DNA from: Alphaproteobacteria bacterium
GTDB taxonomy: Bacteria > Pseudomonadota > Alphaproteobacteria > CALKHQ01
Length of the DNA stretch: 64,000 nt
Direction of reading: 5' to 3'
Assembly: GCA_041396705.1 (NCBI GenBank)
Contig: JAWKYB010000012.1
Location: 933 to 64,932 of the forward strand
In this document: piece by piece, positions 7,654 to 21,480 of the stretch
How the letters are laid out: each line of letters begins with the position of its first letter
Numbering within the stretch: the stretch's first letter is position 1
The notes under the pieces: model-generated
Told to the model about the DNA's origin: nothing
What the model saw: the letters and a program-made list of their open reading frames with translations, nothing else
The model's database searches: none
Made by a program: the position numbers and the translations under genes

Positions 7654-9708
7654 TCACGGCTGCTGCTGGGTCTCGACGAAGACGTAGCCGTATTGCGACC
7701 GGAAGTCGGGCGTCAGCGCCCGGCGCTGCAGTTCCTCTTCCAGCGCGGCGAGATAGCCTTCGGCCAGTTCCACGCGCGGGCGCGGCGGCGACAGGTCGAA
7801 CAGCGGTGCGCTGGTCGACAGCGTGACCACCATGCCGGTACCGTAGGGCGGGCCGGCCGGCACCGCGATCGAGCCCGGCTCGGCCGCGCTGATCGGAATG
7901 GTGGTGGCCGCCGCCGGGTAGTAGTTGGCCGGCGTCGGGTTCAGCTCGCTCGGCAGCAGGTGGACCACCTCGCCGTTCGGCTTGAAGAAGTCGATGTAGA
8001 CGTGGGCGGGGTAGTCCGGCGTCTCGACATAGACCTCGAGATACTGCGCTTCCGCGAAGGCCGCCCGGCCGCCCTGGATCATCCCGAACAGCGGGTCGGG
8101 CCGCAGTTCGGGCGGCAGGTGGTCCATCGGTTCGGCGTCGGGGGCGATCTCGGCGCCGGCGCCGGCATAGACACCGAGCCCGCTGCAGAGGCCGTCGCCG
8201 ACGACCACGACATTGTCGTCGGCGACGCCGGCGATGCCGTTGATCTCCGAAAGCCGCTGGCGCACTTCGGCCTGCTCGTCGCTGGACGTCATGAAGCCGC
8301 GCACGGCGACGCTGCCGTCGACGGTCACGTCGGCGTCGAGATGGCCGCAACTGATCTCGGCCAGGATGGCGGCAATCGCGCTTTCGGGCCCTTCCGGCCG
8401 GCCGGTCTGCACGGCGGCGAGCGCATCCTCGATCCGCGGGTCGTAGCGCGGCGGCGCGATCGGCTGCACCCATTCGACCGGGCCCGGCGGCGGGACGAAC
8501 TGCTCCGGCGGCGGCGGCTCGTCCAGCGCCGGCGGCTCCGGCGTAGCCGGCTCAGGCGGCAGTGCGATCGCCAGCGGCGCCTCCGGCTGCGTCTCGGTCG
8601 CGGCCTCGTCGGGCGTCGGCGCCGCCGGAACCGGCGAGGCCTCGGGCACGGCGGGCGCCGGGGCCAGGCTGCGCACGAAGGGTTGCGGCGGCTCCAGCGA
8701 CGCCAGCTGGGTGCCGGGCAGCGCAACCGGCTCCAGTGCGGCCGGCTCGGGTGCCGCCGGAGCCGGCGGGGCGACCAGGGCGGGAACCGGCGGGGCCGGC
8801 GTCGTTTGCTGCGCCGGCACGGCGGCGACGGGCTCGACGAATGCCGGCAGGGCCGGCGCCGGCACGGCGTCCGCCTGGGCGTCGACAGCGGCCGTCGGCG
8901 CGGCCGGTGCGTCGATCGGCGGCAGCGGCTGCAGCGGCGTCGGCGCGGCCTGGGCCGGCGGTGGGGACTCGGCGACGACTGGCACGTCGTCGACCGCCGC
9001 CGGCGGCGTTTCGAACGGCTCGATGCCGCGCGGTCGCTCGATCTGCTCCGGCAGGCCGTCGGACCGTTCCGGCAGGTCCAGTGCGGCCAGCTGCTGTGGC
9101 GGGGCGGCCGCAGGCGTTTCGATCGGCGGCACCGGCTGCGGGTCGTCGGGCAGCGGCTGCGGCGCCTCGGTCAGCTCCGGCGGCGGTTCCTCCAGCTCAT
9201 CGGGCACCGCTTCCGGCGCCGCGTCGGGCGGCGGCGCGTCGTCCGTCGGCGCGCGTTCGGCGAGCTCTTGCGGCGGGGCATAGCTGCGCCCGGCCATCGG
9301 GCCGCTGTCCAGGCCGCGGGTGTCGAGCACGATCTCGATGCCGGCGACGTCGCCGCCGCCCTGCAGCACCGCGCCGGCCGCCACCAGGGCCCCGCCGGCC
9401 AGCAGCACGCTGTGGAACGCGACCGAAGCGGTGAGCGCGAGCCGGAGCCGCCGTGCCTCGCGCGTGCGCGCGGGCGGCAGCCGCAGCAGCGGGCCGCCGA
9501 ACAGCGCATGCCAGATCGCCGCCGGCAGGGATTGCTCGTGCTGTGGGGACCGGGTCGTCACGCTTCTTCCATGGCCAAGGACGGCGGGCGCGAGGCCGCG
9601 CCAACCGGTGCATACACGATGCACGCTGGCTTCGAAATACGGCAGGAGTGCGGAGGTTCCGCGCCGCGAGCGGCCCGCGGGCTTGCTTTGTCGCACCGCT
9701 TGGCCCAC
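7654..9708 (-). CDS. proline/alanine-rich membrane-anchored protein with C-terminal BON-like and DUF4384-like regions
   Basis: Single TM (LALTASVAFHSVLLAGGALVAAGAVL), then about 350 aa of PxP/AP-rich low complexity, then a structured C-terminus (VTVDGSVAVRGFM...; YIDFFKPNGEVVHLLP). Start uncertain; the first about 70 aa of the ORF may not be translated. Confidence 0.55.
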   Translation of the reverse strand: MGQAVRQSKPAGRSRRGTSALLPYFEASVHRVCTGWRGLAPAVLGHGRSVTTRSPQHEQSLPAAIWHALFGGPLLRLPPARTREARRLRLALTASVAFHSVLLAGGALVAAGAVLQGGGDVAGIEIVLDTRGLDSGPMAGRSYAPPQELAERAPTDDAPPPDAAPEAVPDELEEPPPELTEAPQPLPDDPQPVPPIETPAAAPPQQLAALDLPERSDGLPEQIERPRGIEPFETPPAAVDDVPVVAESPPPAQAAPTPLQPLPPIDAPAAPTAAVDAQADAVPAPALPAFVEPVAAVPAQQTTPAPPVPALVAPPAPAAPEPAALEPVALPGTQLASLEPPQPFVRSLAPAPAVPEASPVPAAPTPDEAATETQPEAPLAIALPPEPATPEPPALDEPPPPEQFVPPPGPVEWVQPIAPPRYDPRIEDALAAVQTGRPEGPESAIAAILAEISCGHLDADVTVDGSVAVRGFMTSSDEQAEVRQRLSEINGIAGVADDNVVVVGDGLCSGLGVYAGAGAEIAPDAEPMDHLPPELRPDPLFGMIQGGRAAFAEAQYLEVYVETPDYPAHVYIDFFKPNGEVVHLLPSELNPTPANYYPAAATTIPISAAEPGSIAVPAGPPYGTGMVVTLSTSAPLFDLSPPRPRVELAEGYLAALEEELQRRALTPDFRSQYGYVFVETQQQP

Positions 9709-9797
9709 CTTCCCGGCGCCGGTGACGGGCCCGATGGCGCGCCGATTGCAGCGTGCGAACGGGGCCGAACCGCTGACTGCGACCCCGGGGGAAAGCC

Positions 9798-12700
9798 ATG
9801 TCCAAGGCTGCAGCGCGCCAGCAAGCGCCGACGACCGTTGCCGACCGAGGGTCGGACGAGGAGCTGCCGGCCCGGCTGCTGGCGATCGCGGAGGCGGGCG
9901 CGCCCGGCGGTGAGCTGCCGTCCGCCGCGGGCGCCTTCGGGCGAGCCGCGCCGGCCGAAAGCCTGGTGCTGCGGCGCCAGCTGGAGGACCTGCTCGACGG
10001 CTTCCGCATGGCGGCCGAGGCGGACCCCTACGGCAACCCGATCCAGCGGCTTGCGCTGGAGATCACCCGCATGCTGGAGCGCGGCCAGATCGGGCTCGCC
10101 CTCGTCGACGGGCTGGTCCAGCTGCTGTGTGCCGAGGCCTTCGCCGTCCGCGCCGAGCGCCTTGCCGGCTATCTCGGCAACCGCGACCCGGAGCGCAACG
10201 ATGCCGCGTTGCGCGACCTGATCCGCCGCGCCGCCCTGGAAAAGGGGACCGGCGACCAGCCGATCAAGGCGCCGTTCACCAGCTTCAAGCGGCGCATGGA
10301 GGCGGCGCCGTTCGGCGTGGTCTTCACGGCCCACCCGACCTTCTCGCTGGCCGAGCCGCTGCTGGTCTGCCTTGCCGAGCTCGGTGCCGGCGTCGGGGCC
10401 GACGGCCGCCGGCTCGACGACGGGGCGGTCGACAACCGCCTGCGCCAGCTGCTGGCCGCCGACCACCGGCCGGAACCCTCGATCGACCTTGCGCTGGAAC
10501 ACCGGTTGTCGCTGGTCGCGATCGCCAATGCCCGGTCCGCGCTGCAGCGGGTCTATCGCATCGTGTTCGAGGTTGCCGCCGAGCTCTATCCCGACAACTG
10601 GCGCCAGTTGCGGCCGCGCCTGGTGACCCTGGCCAGCTGGGTCGGCTACGACCTGGACGGACGCTCGGACATCCAGTGGTTCCACACCTTCAAGAAGCGG
10701 CTGCTGGTGCAGATCCGCCAGCTCGAACACTACTCCGCCTCCGCCCGCCAACTGATCGAGGCCCATGCCCGGGCGCCGCGCGACGAGGATCTGCGCCGGA
10801 CGCTGGAGCTGTTCGACACCCGCATCGCCCTGACCCTGCGCCACGCCCGCGACGAGCAGGCGGCGTTCGACGCCATCGCCGGGCGCGACGACGCCGATCT
10901 GGTGCGCGGCATCGCGCAGCGGATGTACGCCGAGCGCGGCGAGCGGCTGATCGAGGTCGGCGCGCTGATCGACCTGGTCGACCGGGCGGTCGGCCTGACC
11001 CGCGCCGCGGACGGCGTCGCCGCGCTGTGCGTGCTGCGGGCGGAGATCGCCAATTTCGGGCTGAGCATGGCCGAGACCCACGTCCGGCTGAACGCCAGCC
11101 AGCTGCACAACGCCATCCGCAAGGCGGTCGGGATGGAAAGCCCGCCGGACGACCCGACCAGCCGCAACACCTATCTGGCCGCCGTCAACGCGATGATCGA
11201 CACCGTCGAGCCGGTGACCATCAACTTCGGCTCGGTGATGGCGGAGCGCGCCTCGGCCAAGCGGCTGTTCATGATCGTCACCCAGATGCTGAAATACATC
11301 GACCGCACCAACCCGGTGCGCTTCCTGATCGCGGAGTGCGAGACGCCGTTCACCGTGCTGGCGGCGCTGTACTACGCCAAGCTGTTCGGCATCGAGCAAT
11401 CGATCGACATCTCGCCGCTGTTCGAGACCGAGGCGGCGCTGGAGCGCGGTCACGAGATCGTCGAGGAACTGCTCGCCCAGCCGCACTATGTCGACTATGT
11501 GCGGCAGCGTGGCCGGCTGTGCATCCAGACCGGCTTTTCCGATGCCGGCCGCTATCTGGGCCAGACCGCGGCATCGGTGGCGATCGAGCGCCTGCAGGGG
11601 CGGGTCGGCGCCACCATGGCCGCACATGGCCTGTCGGATGTCGAGCTGCTGATCTTCAACACCCACGGCGAGTCGATCGGCCGCGGCGGCCATCCCGCCA
11701 GCTTCGAGGACCGGTTGGACTATGTCTGCAGCCCGCATGTGCGCGAGGCGCTGGCTGAGGCCGGCATCGCGCTGAAGCAGGAGGTCAGCTTCCAGGGCGG
11801 CGACGGCTATCTCTACTACGTGACCCCGGCGATCGCCTTCACCTCGCTGTGCCGGGTGATCGAGCATGTGCTCGGTCCGCTGCCGGCGAGCGAGGGGCTG
11901 GGCGACCCGTTCTATGCGGCGCAGGCCCACATGCAGGAGTTCTTCACCGCGGTGGAGCGCTTCAACGCCGAGATCATGGACGATCCGGATTATGCAGCGT
12001 TGCTGGGGGTTTACGGGCCGAACCTGCTGTACAGCACCGGCAGTCGCGCGGTGCGGCGGCAGCACGACTTCGGCGACGATGCCGCGAGCCTGCATCCGTC
12101 GCAGATCCGCGCGATCCCGCACAATGCGATCCTGCAGCAGATGGGCTTCCTGGCCAACACGCTGGGCGGGCTCGGCCGGGCGATCCGGCGCGATCCGGGC
12201 CAGTTCCGCGCGCTCTATGCGGATTCGGCGCGGTTCCGTCGGTTGATCGGCATGATCGAATATGCCCGCGCCTTTTCCAGCCTGGATGCGCTTAAGGCCT
12301 ATATCGACACGGTCGACCCCGGGCTGTGGCTGCTGCTGGCGGCGCACGAGACCGACCGCGATCGCCGCATCGCCGCCCGCGCGGTCGCGACGCACCTGGA
12401 GCGCAGCCGTACCCACGAGCGGTTGGTCCGCATCTACCGCAAGCTCAGCCGCGACTGCGCCGACCTGGACGACGCCCTGGCCGACCTGCGCGCGGACGTG
12501 GTGCCGGCGGGCCATGCGCTGGGAGAGGCGGAGCGGCGCGGCAACCTGGAGCTGCTGCACGCGCTGCGCGTCGCGCTGGTCCAGCAGCTCTGCCGGCTGG
12601 CCGTGCACATTCCCGACTTCAGCGCCCAGCATGGCACCACGCCCGAGGCGCTGGTCGCCCAGATCCTGCATCTCGACGTGGAGCACGCGGTCGATCAGCT

Positions 12701-12893
12701 GGAGCGCATCTTCCCGCGCACCGATCCGACCGCCACCGACCAGGGCTTCGGCGAGCCGGCGAGCTATCGCAGCGAGGAGACGCAGTCCTATCTGCGCGAG
12801 CACATCGAGATCTTCCAGCCGATCGACGCGCTCTATCGCCTGATCCGGCGGATCAGCAGCGGCGTTATCTACGACATCGGCGCGCTCGGCTGA
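9798..12893 (+). CDS. phosphoenolpyruvate carboxylase-like protein (divergent PEPC superfamily member)
   Basis: 1031 aa. PEPC-like blocks VFTAHPTF, THGESIGRGGHP and GFSDAGRYLGQTAASVAIERLQ, but each deviates from the canonical VLTAHPTE / FHGRGGxxGRGGxP / GYSDSxKDxG. Extra N-terminal extension of about 150 aa. Confidence 0.7.
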   Translation: MSKAAARQQAPTTVADRGSDEELPARLLAIAEAGAPGGELPSAAGAFGRAAPAESLVLRRQLEDLLDGFRMAAEADPYGNPIQRLALEITRMLERGQIGLALVDGLVQLLCAEAFAVRAERLAGYLGNRDPERNDAALRDLIRRAALEKGTGDQPIKAPFTSFKRRMEAAPFGVVFTAHPTFSLAEPLLVCLAELGAGVGADGRRLDDGAVDNRLRQLLAADHRPEPSIDLALEHRLSLVAIANARSALQRVYRIVFEVAAELYPDNWRQLRPRLVTLASWVGYDLDGRSDIQWFHTFKKRLLVQIRQLEHYSASARQLIEAHARAPRDEDLRRTLELFDTRIALTLRHARDEQAAFDAIAGRDDADLVRGIAQRMYAERGERLIEVGALIDLVDRAVGLTRAADGVAALCVLRAEIANFGLSMAETHVRLNASQLHNAIRKAVGMESPPDDPTSRNTYLAAVNAMIDTVEPVTINFGSVMAERASAKRLFMIVTQMLKYIDRTNPVRFLIAECETPFTVLAALYYAKLFGIEQSIDISPLFETEAALERGHEIVEELLAQPHYVDYVRQRGRLCIQTGFSDAGRYLGQTAASVAIERLQGRVGATMAAHGLSDVELLIFNTHGESIGRGGHPASFEDRLDYVCSPHVREALAEAGIALKQEVSFQGGDGYLYYVTPAIAFTSLCRVIEHVLGPLPASEGLGDPFYAAQAHMQEFFTAVERFNAEIMDDPDYAALLGVYGPNLLYSTGSRAVRRQHDFGDDAASLHPSQIRAIPHNAILQQMGFLANTLGGLGRAIRRDPGQFRALYADSARFRRLIGMIEYARAFSSLDALKAYIDTVDPGLWLLLAAHETDRDRRIAARAVATHLERSRTHERLVRIYRKLSRDCADLDDALADLRADVVPAGHALGEAERRGNLELLHALRVALVQQLCRLAVHIPDFSAQHGTTPEALVAQILHLDVEHAVDQLERIFPRTDPTATDQGFGEPASYRSEETQSYLREHIEIFQPIDALYRLIRRISSGVIYDIGALG

Positions 12894-12945
12894 ACCGGAG
12901 AACCGACCCGCGGCTTGACGACCGGCGCGGCGATGCGGCGTTCTA

Positions 12946-13755
12946 TTGCCCGGGGTCGCGCGGAGCCGGGTGGGGACGGGCATGAACGCCAGGCAGGTTG
13001 AAGACCAGAAGCGGAAGAAGCGGCGCGGCGGGGTGTTCTGGCGCCTGCGGCGCTGGTTCATCGCCGGCCTGCTGGCGACGGCGCCGATCGGGCTGACCGT
13101 CTGGCTGGTGCTGGCCATCGTCGACTGGATCGACCGGGCGGTGAAGCCGTTGCTGCCGCCGGGTTGGTGGCCGAGCCAGTATCTGCCGTTCGAGCTGCCC
13201 GGCGTCGGCCTGGTGGTGGCGCTGGTCGGCATCACCGTCATCGGCGCGCTGACCACCGGCTATCTCGGCCGGCTGCTGCGCAACAGCTACGAGGGGCTGC
13301 TCGGCCGTCTGCCGGTGGTGCGCGGCATCTATGCCTTCCTCAAGCAGGTTCTGGAGATGGTGTTCCAGAACCAGTCGGGCTCGTTCCGCGAGGTCGTGCT
13401 GTTCGAATATCCCCGCCACGGCACCTGGACGCTCGGCTTCATCACCGGCGTCACCCAGGGCGAGGTGCAGAGCCTGACCGAGGACGAACTGGTCAATGTG
13501 TTCGTGCCGACGACGCCGAACCCCACCTCCGGCTTCTTCCTGTTCGTGCCGCGCAAGGAACTGGTGGTGCTCAGCATGTCGGTGGAGGAGGGCATCAAGA
13601 TGGTGGTCTCCGGCGGCATGGTGACGCCGGAGGACAAGCGCCCGGAGGAGGAGCGCGCCCAGCCGACGGTGGCCTCCTACCGCGACGGCGAGGCGCCGCG
13701 AATTGCCGCGCCCGGCGAGGACGCGGACGGGCAGGCCGAGAAACCGGCGGCCTGA
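12946..13755 (+). CDS. DUF502 domain-containing membrane protein
   Basis: Two N-terminal TM helices plus the conserved DUF502 core (GRLPVVRGIYAFLKQVLE...FVPTTPNPTSGFFLFVPRKE). Alternative start at 12982 (MNARQ). Confidence 0.75.
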   Translation: MPGVARSRVGTGMNARQVEDQKRKKRRGGVFWRLRRWFIAGLLATAPIGLTVWLVLAIVDWIDRAVKPLLPPGWWPSQYLPFELPGVGLVVALVGITVIGALTTGYLGRLLRNSYEGLLGRLPVVRGIYAFLKQVLEMVFQNQSGSFREVVLFEYPRHGTWTLGFITGVTQGEVQSLTEDELVNVFVPTTPNPTSGFFLFVPRKELVVLSMSVEEGIKMVVSGGMVTPEDKRPEEERAQPTVASYRDGEAPRIAAPGEDADGQAEKPAA

Positions 13756-13775
13756 GCGCGCCTGTCGCCCGGCGG

Positions 13776-15872
13776 TCAGCCGGAACGCAGCAGCGGAACC
13801 GCGGCGTCGCGCTCGAACAGGTACAGCAGCACCCGCAGCGCCTGGCCGCGCGGCGAGGCCAGCTCGGGATCGCGTTCCATCGCCAGCCGCGCGTCGTCGC
13901 GAGCCACCGGCAGCAGATCGGCGTGCGCCATCAGGTCGGCCACGCGCATCTGCGGCATGCCGGCCTGTTTCACGCCCAGCAGTTCGCCGCTGCCGCGCAG
14001 CCGGAGATCCTCCTCGGCGATGCGGAAGCCGTCGTCGGTCTCGCGCATCATCGCCAGCCGCGCCCGCGCGGTTTCGCCCAGCGGCGCCTGGTAGAGCAGC
14101 AGGCAGGTTCCGGGCCGGTTGCCGCGGCCGACCCGGCCGCGCAACTGGTGCAGCTGCGCCAGCCCGAAGCGTTCGGCAAGCTCGATCACCATGACGGTGG
14201 CGTCCGCCACGTCGACGCCGACCTCGATCACCGTGGTTGCGACCAGCACGTCGAGGGCGTCCGGGTCGTCGCGCGGCAGTGCCAGGCGCTGCACCGCCCG
14301 GTCCTTCTCCGGGCCCGACAGCCGGCCGTGCACAAGGCCGATCCGGTGCCGCAGCACGCGCGCCACCATCGCGTGCCGGTCGGCAGCGGCGGTCAGCGGC
14401 GACTGCTCCGACTCCTCGACCAGCGGGCACACCCAATAGACCTTGGCGCCCTCGTTCACCGCCCGGTCGATGCCGGCGACCACCTCGTCGAGCCGGTCCA
14501 TCGGCACGGCACGGGTGTCGACCGGCGCGCGTCCCGGCGGCTTCTCGTCCAGGATCGACTGGTCCATGTCGCCGTAGAAGGCCAGCGCCAGCGTGCGCGG
14601 GATCGGGGTTGCGGTCATCACCAGTGTGTCGGCGCGCTCGCCCTTGCCGGCCAGCAGCAGCCGCTGGTGCACGCCGAAGCGGTGCTGCTCGTCGATGATG
14701 ACCAGGGCAAGGTCGTGGAACGCCACCTCCTCCTGGAACAGCGCATGGGTGCCGATGGCGATGGCGGCGCGCCCGTCGGCGAGCCGGCCCAGCGCCTCGC
14801 GGCGCTCGCGGCTCTTGTCGCGCCCGGTCAGCACCGCCGCGGTCACCCCGCAGGCCGCCGCCAGCGGCGCGATGGTCTGGAAGTGCTGGCGGGCGAGGAT
14901 CTCGGTCGGCGCCATCAGCGCGGCCTGGCGCCCCGCCTCTGCCGCATTCAGCATCGCCATCAGCGCGACCGCTGTCTTGCCGCTGCCGACGTCGCCCTGC
15001 AGCAGCCGCAGCATCCGCTCGTCCGAGGCCATGTCGGCGACGATCTCGCCGATCGCGCGCCGCTGCGCGCCGGTGAGCGCGTAGGGCAGGGCGGCTGCGG
15101 CCTTCGCGCGCAGGCTGCCGTCGCCGGCGGTCGGCCGCCCGCGCTGCGTCCGCTGGCGGGTCCGCACCACCATCAGCGCCAGCTGGTTGGCAAGCAGCTC
15201 GTCATAGGCCAGCCGCAGCCGCGCCGGCGCGCGCGGATCGATCTCTTGCGGCGAACCCGGCGCGTGCACCGCCTCCAGCGCGGCCCGCCAGTCCGGCCAG
15301 CGGGTCCGCTGCCGGTGATGCGGCTCCAGCCACTCCGGCAGCGCGGGCGCGACCTTGACCGCCGCCTGCACCAGCTTGTGCAGGGTCTTCGGCGACAGGC
15401 CTTCGGTCATCGGATAGACCGGCTCGACCAGCGCCAGCCGGTCGAGCTCGGCCGGGTCGATGACATGGTCGGGATGCGCCATCTGCAGCTGGTCGTTGAA
15501 CGAATCGACCCGGCCGCTGACGATGCGCTCGGCGCCGACCGGCAGCAGGCGCTGCAGGTAGTCGGGCCGCGCGCGGAAGAAGACCAGCGCGATCTCGCCG
15601 CTGTCGTCGCCGCAATAGATCCGATAGGGCTGGCGCGACGTCGCCGGCGGGTGATGCTCCAGCACGCGCACCTGCAGGGTGACGACCGTGCCGATCCGCG
15701 CCAGCGAGACCTGCGGCCGGTCGCGACGGTCGATCACCTGGGTCGGCAGGTGCCACAGCAGGTCGATCACGCGTGCGATGCCCAGGCGCTCCAGTTTCGC
15801 CGCCACGGCCGGGCCGACGCCGGACAGGCGGTCGATCGGCTTGAACAGGTCGAACAGGATCGGCGGTCGCAT
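13776..15872 (-). CDS. recG: ATP-dependent DNA helicase RecG
   Basis: 699 aa from ATG at 15872 (MRPPILFDLFKPIDRLSGVGP...). Wedge domain, DEAH helicase motifs (GDVGSGKT, DEQHRFG). The 849-aa ORF in the track is an upstream-extended artefact. Confidence 0.95.
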   Translation of the reverse strand: MRPPILFDLFKPIDRLSGVGPAVAAKLERLGIARVIDLLWHLPTQVIDRRDRPQVSLARIGTVVTLQVRVLEHHPPATSRQPYRIYCGDDSGEIALVFFRARPDYLQRLLPVGAERIVSGRVDSFNDQLQMAHPDHVIDPAELDRLALVEPVYPMTEGLSPKTLHKLVQAAVKVAPALPEWLEPHHRQRTRWPDWRAALEAVHAPGSPQEIDPRAPARLRLAYDELLANQLALMVVRTRQRTQRGRPTAGDGSLRAKAAAALPYALTGAQRRAIGEIVADMASDERMLRLLQGDVGSGKTAVALMAMLNAAEAGRQAALMAPTEILARQHFQTIAPLAAACGVTAAVLTGRDKSRERREALGRLADGRAAIAIGTHALFQEEVAFHDLALVIIDEQHRFGVHQRLLLAGKGERADTLVMTATPIPRTLALAFYGDMDQSILDEKPPGRAPVDTRAVPMDRLDEVVAGIDRAVNEGAKVYWVCPLVEESEQSPLTAAADRHAMVARVLRHRIGLVHGRLSGPEKDRAVQRLALPRDDPDALDVLVATTVIEVGVDVADATVMVIELAERFGLAQLHQLRGRVGRGNRPGTCLLLYQAPLGETARARLAMMRETDDGFRIAEEDLRLRGSGELLGVKQAGMPQMRVADLMAHADLLPVARDDARLAMERDPELASPRGQALRVLLYLFERDAAVPLLRSG

Positions 15873-15944
15873 GGCGGTCCGGTGATGCGGCATTGGCGGG
15901 GCGTCCTGCTGGCTATATACCCTGCGGGCCTGAGGAGCACGAAG

Positions 15945-16219
15945 ATGGCGGACGCCGCCGACCTGGATATCCGCCGCAAGCGGCTGATCTATCGCAGCGA
16001 GCACACCGGCACGCAGGAGACCGACCTGCTGCTCGGCCAGTTCGCGCGCGCCCATGTGCCGGGTTTCGACGCGGTCGAGGTCGCCGAGCTGGAGCGCCTG
16101 CTCGACGCCAGCGACCCGGACCTGTGGCTGTGGCTCACCGGCCGGGCCGACCCGCCGCCGGCGCTCGACGGCCCGGTGTTGCGTCGCCTGCGCGCCCATC
16201 GCTACCGGCCTGCCGACCG

Positions 16220-16223
<4 letters not shown>
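15945..16223 (+). CDS. sdhE: FAD assembly factor SdhE (succinate dehydrogenase assembly factor 2, DUF339)
   Basis: 92 aa. RKRLIYRSEHTGTQETDLLLGQF signature. Classic recG-sdhE-mfd neighbourhood of alphaproteobacteria. Its stop overlaps the mfd GTG (GTGA). Confidence 0.8.
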
Positions 16224-19710
<3,487 letters not shown>

Positions 19711-19714
<4 letters not shown>

Positions 19715-20655
19715 GCCGCTGGCTGTGTGGTTTGGCGGCGTTGCCGACGCTGGCGGGCGTCGCGCTGGCGCAGCAGCCGACATGGTCGCCGGCTGCATTC
19801 ACCGAGCCGCCGCGGGTCGGCCGCTGCGCCGTGTTCCCGGCCGACAATCCCTGGAACTGGGACATCGCCGCGGCGCCGGTGGCCCCGGATTCGGCGGCGA
19901 TCGTCGCGCGGCTGACCGCCGGCGAGGACCGCATGCTGCGCGCCGACTTCGGCGAGGATCCGGACTATGGCATCCCCTATGCCGTGGTCGGCGCCGGCCA
20001 GCCGCCGGTGCCGGTGCGGTTCACCGACTATGCCGACGAGAGCGACCCCGGCCCCTATCCGATTCCGGACGAGGCGGTCGTCGAGGGCGGCAACGACGAC
20101 CATGTGCTGGTCGTCGACGCCGATGGCTGCCGGCTCTACGAACTCTACCGGGCCGCCCGCACCGGCGCCGGCTGGTCGGCGGAGTCCGGCGCGGTGTTCG
20201 ACCTTTCGTCGAACGCGCTGCGTCCGTTGGGCTGGACCTCGGCTGACGCCGCCGGCCTGCCGATCTTCCCCGGCCTGGTCCGCTACGACGAAGTGGCGTC
20301 GGGCACGATAAGGCATGCGTTGCGGGTGACGCTTCCGCAGACCCGGCGCGGGTTCGTCCCGCCGGCCACGCATTGGGCCTCGCAGTCCGACGATCCCGAC
20401 CTGCCGCCGATGGGCCTGCGGCTGCGGCTGCGCGCCGATTTCGACCTCGCCGGCTTCGAAGGCCAGGCGCGGGTTATCCTGGAGGCGCTGAAGCGTTACG
20501 GGCTGATCGTGGCCGACAACGGCACCGGCTGGTTCGTCAGCGGCGCGCCGTCGCCGGGCTGGGTCGACGACGATCTGGCGCAGCTTCGCCGGGTGCCCGG
20601 GACCGCATTCGAGGTCGTGGTGACGGGCCCGGTCTACGGACCGGGCGATTTCTGA
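19711..20655 (+). CDS. secreted hypothetical protein (314 aa)
   Basis: ATG overlaps the mfd stop (ATGA). Signal peptide MSRWLCGLAALPTLAGVALAQQ. No recognisable family. Confidence 0.6.
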
Positions 20656-20679
20656 GCCGGGCTTGGCGCCACGCCGGCG

Positions 20680-21348
20680 CTATGCGACCGCCTGGTCCCG
20701 CATCGCCAGGGCGTGGTCCAGCGCCGCGGCCAGCGTTTCCGGCGGTTGCGCGCCGGACACGGCGAATGCCCGGTCGACGATGAAGCACGGCACGCCGTGG
20801 ATGCCGGACTGGCGGGCGATCTCGTCCTCGGCCAGCACGTCGGCCTCGGCGGCGTCCGAGCCGCGCAGCTTTTCGATTGCCACCTCGGACAGGCCGGCGG
20901 TCTGCGCCAGCGCCGCCAGCTGGTCGAGCGATCCGATGTCGCGGCCTGCCCGGAAGTAGCCGTCGAACAGCGCCTCGACCACCGCGTCCTGACGGTCTTC
21001 CTCGGCGGCGAGGGCGATCAGGCGGTGGGCCGCCACGGTATTCGGCGTCCGCGCGATGCGGTCGAAGGCGAAATCGATACCGGCACGCTGGCCGGCCGCG
21101 GTGACCCGCTCATAGATGCCGCCGCCGTCGCTGCGCCCGAACTTCGCCTCCAGATAGGCGCGACGCTCCATGCCGTCGCGCGGCATGTCGGGGTTGAGCT
21201 GGAAGGCGCGCCAATGCACGTCGACCGCGATGTCCGGTCGGCTGGCCAGGGCGGCTTCCAGGTTGCGCTTGCCGATGAAGCACCAGGGGCAGATCACGTC
21301 GGAAACCACGTCGACGCGGACGCGCCGCGCCGCCTTGTCGCCTGTCAT
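20680..21348 (-). CDS. DsbA-family thiol:disulfide oxidoreductase (FrnE/2-hydroxychromene-2-carboxylate-isomerase-like)
   Basis: 222 aa. CPWC active site in VDVVSDVICPWCFIGKRNLE. DsbA_FrnE-like C-terminal region. Confidence 0.85.
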   Translation of the reverse strand: MTGDKAARRVRVDVVSDVICPWCFIGKRNLEAALASRPDIAVDVHWRAFQLNPDMPRDGMERRAYLEAKFGRSDGGGIYERVTAAGQRAGIDFAFDRIARTPNTVAAHRLIALAAEEDRQDAVVEALFDGYFRAGRDIGSLDQLAALAQTAGLSEVAIEKLRGSDAAEADVLAEDEIARQSGIHGVPCFIVDRAFAVSGAQPPETLAAALDHALAMRDQAVA

Positions 21349-21480
21349 CGCCGGCCTCCGTCATTTCGCCGCTGTTCCGCCAGGGTGAATTGCGGCGTTC
21401 ACCCCTAGACACTATAACCCGCAACCGGACAGTCAACGAACCCGGCGCCGGCTGGGACACCATCCCGGGGGAGGAAAGCC

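Noticed and set aside
8500-9300. Highly repetitive GC-rich DNA that might look like a CRISPR array or tandem repeat element. Comparable stretches occur at 43100-43290.
   Set aside because: The repeats are degenerate and in-frame, and encode Pro/Ala-rich linkers of real proteins. There are no regular spacers and no cas genes.
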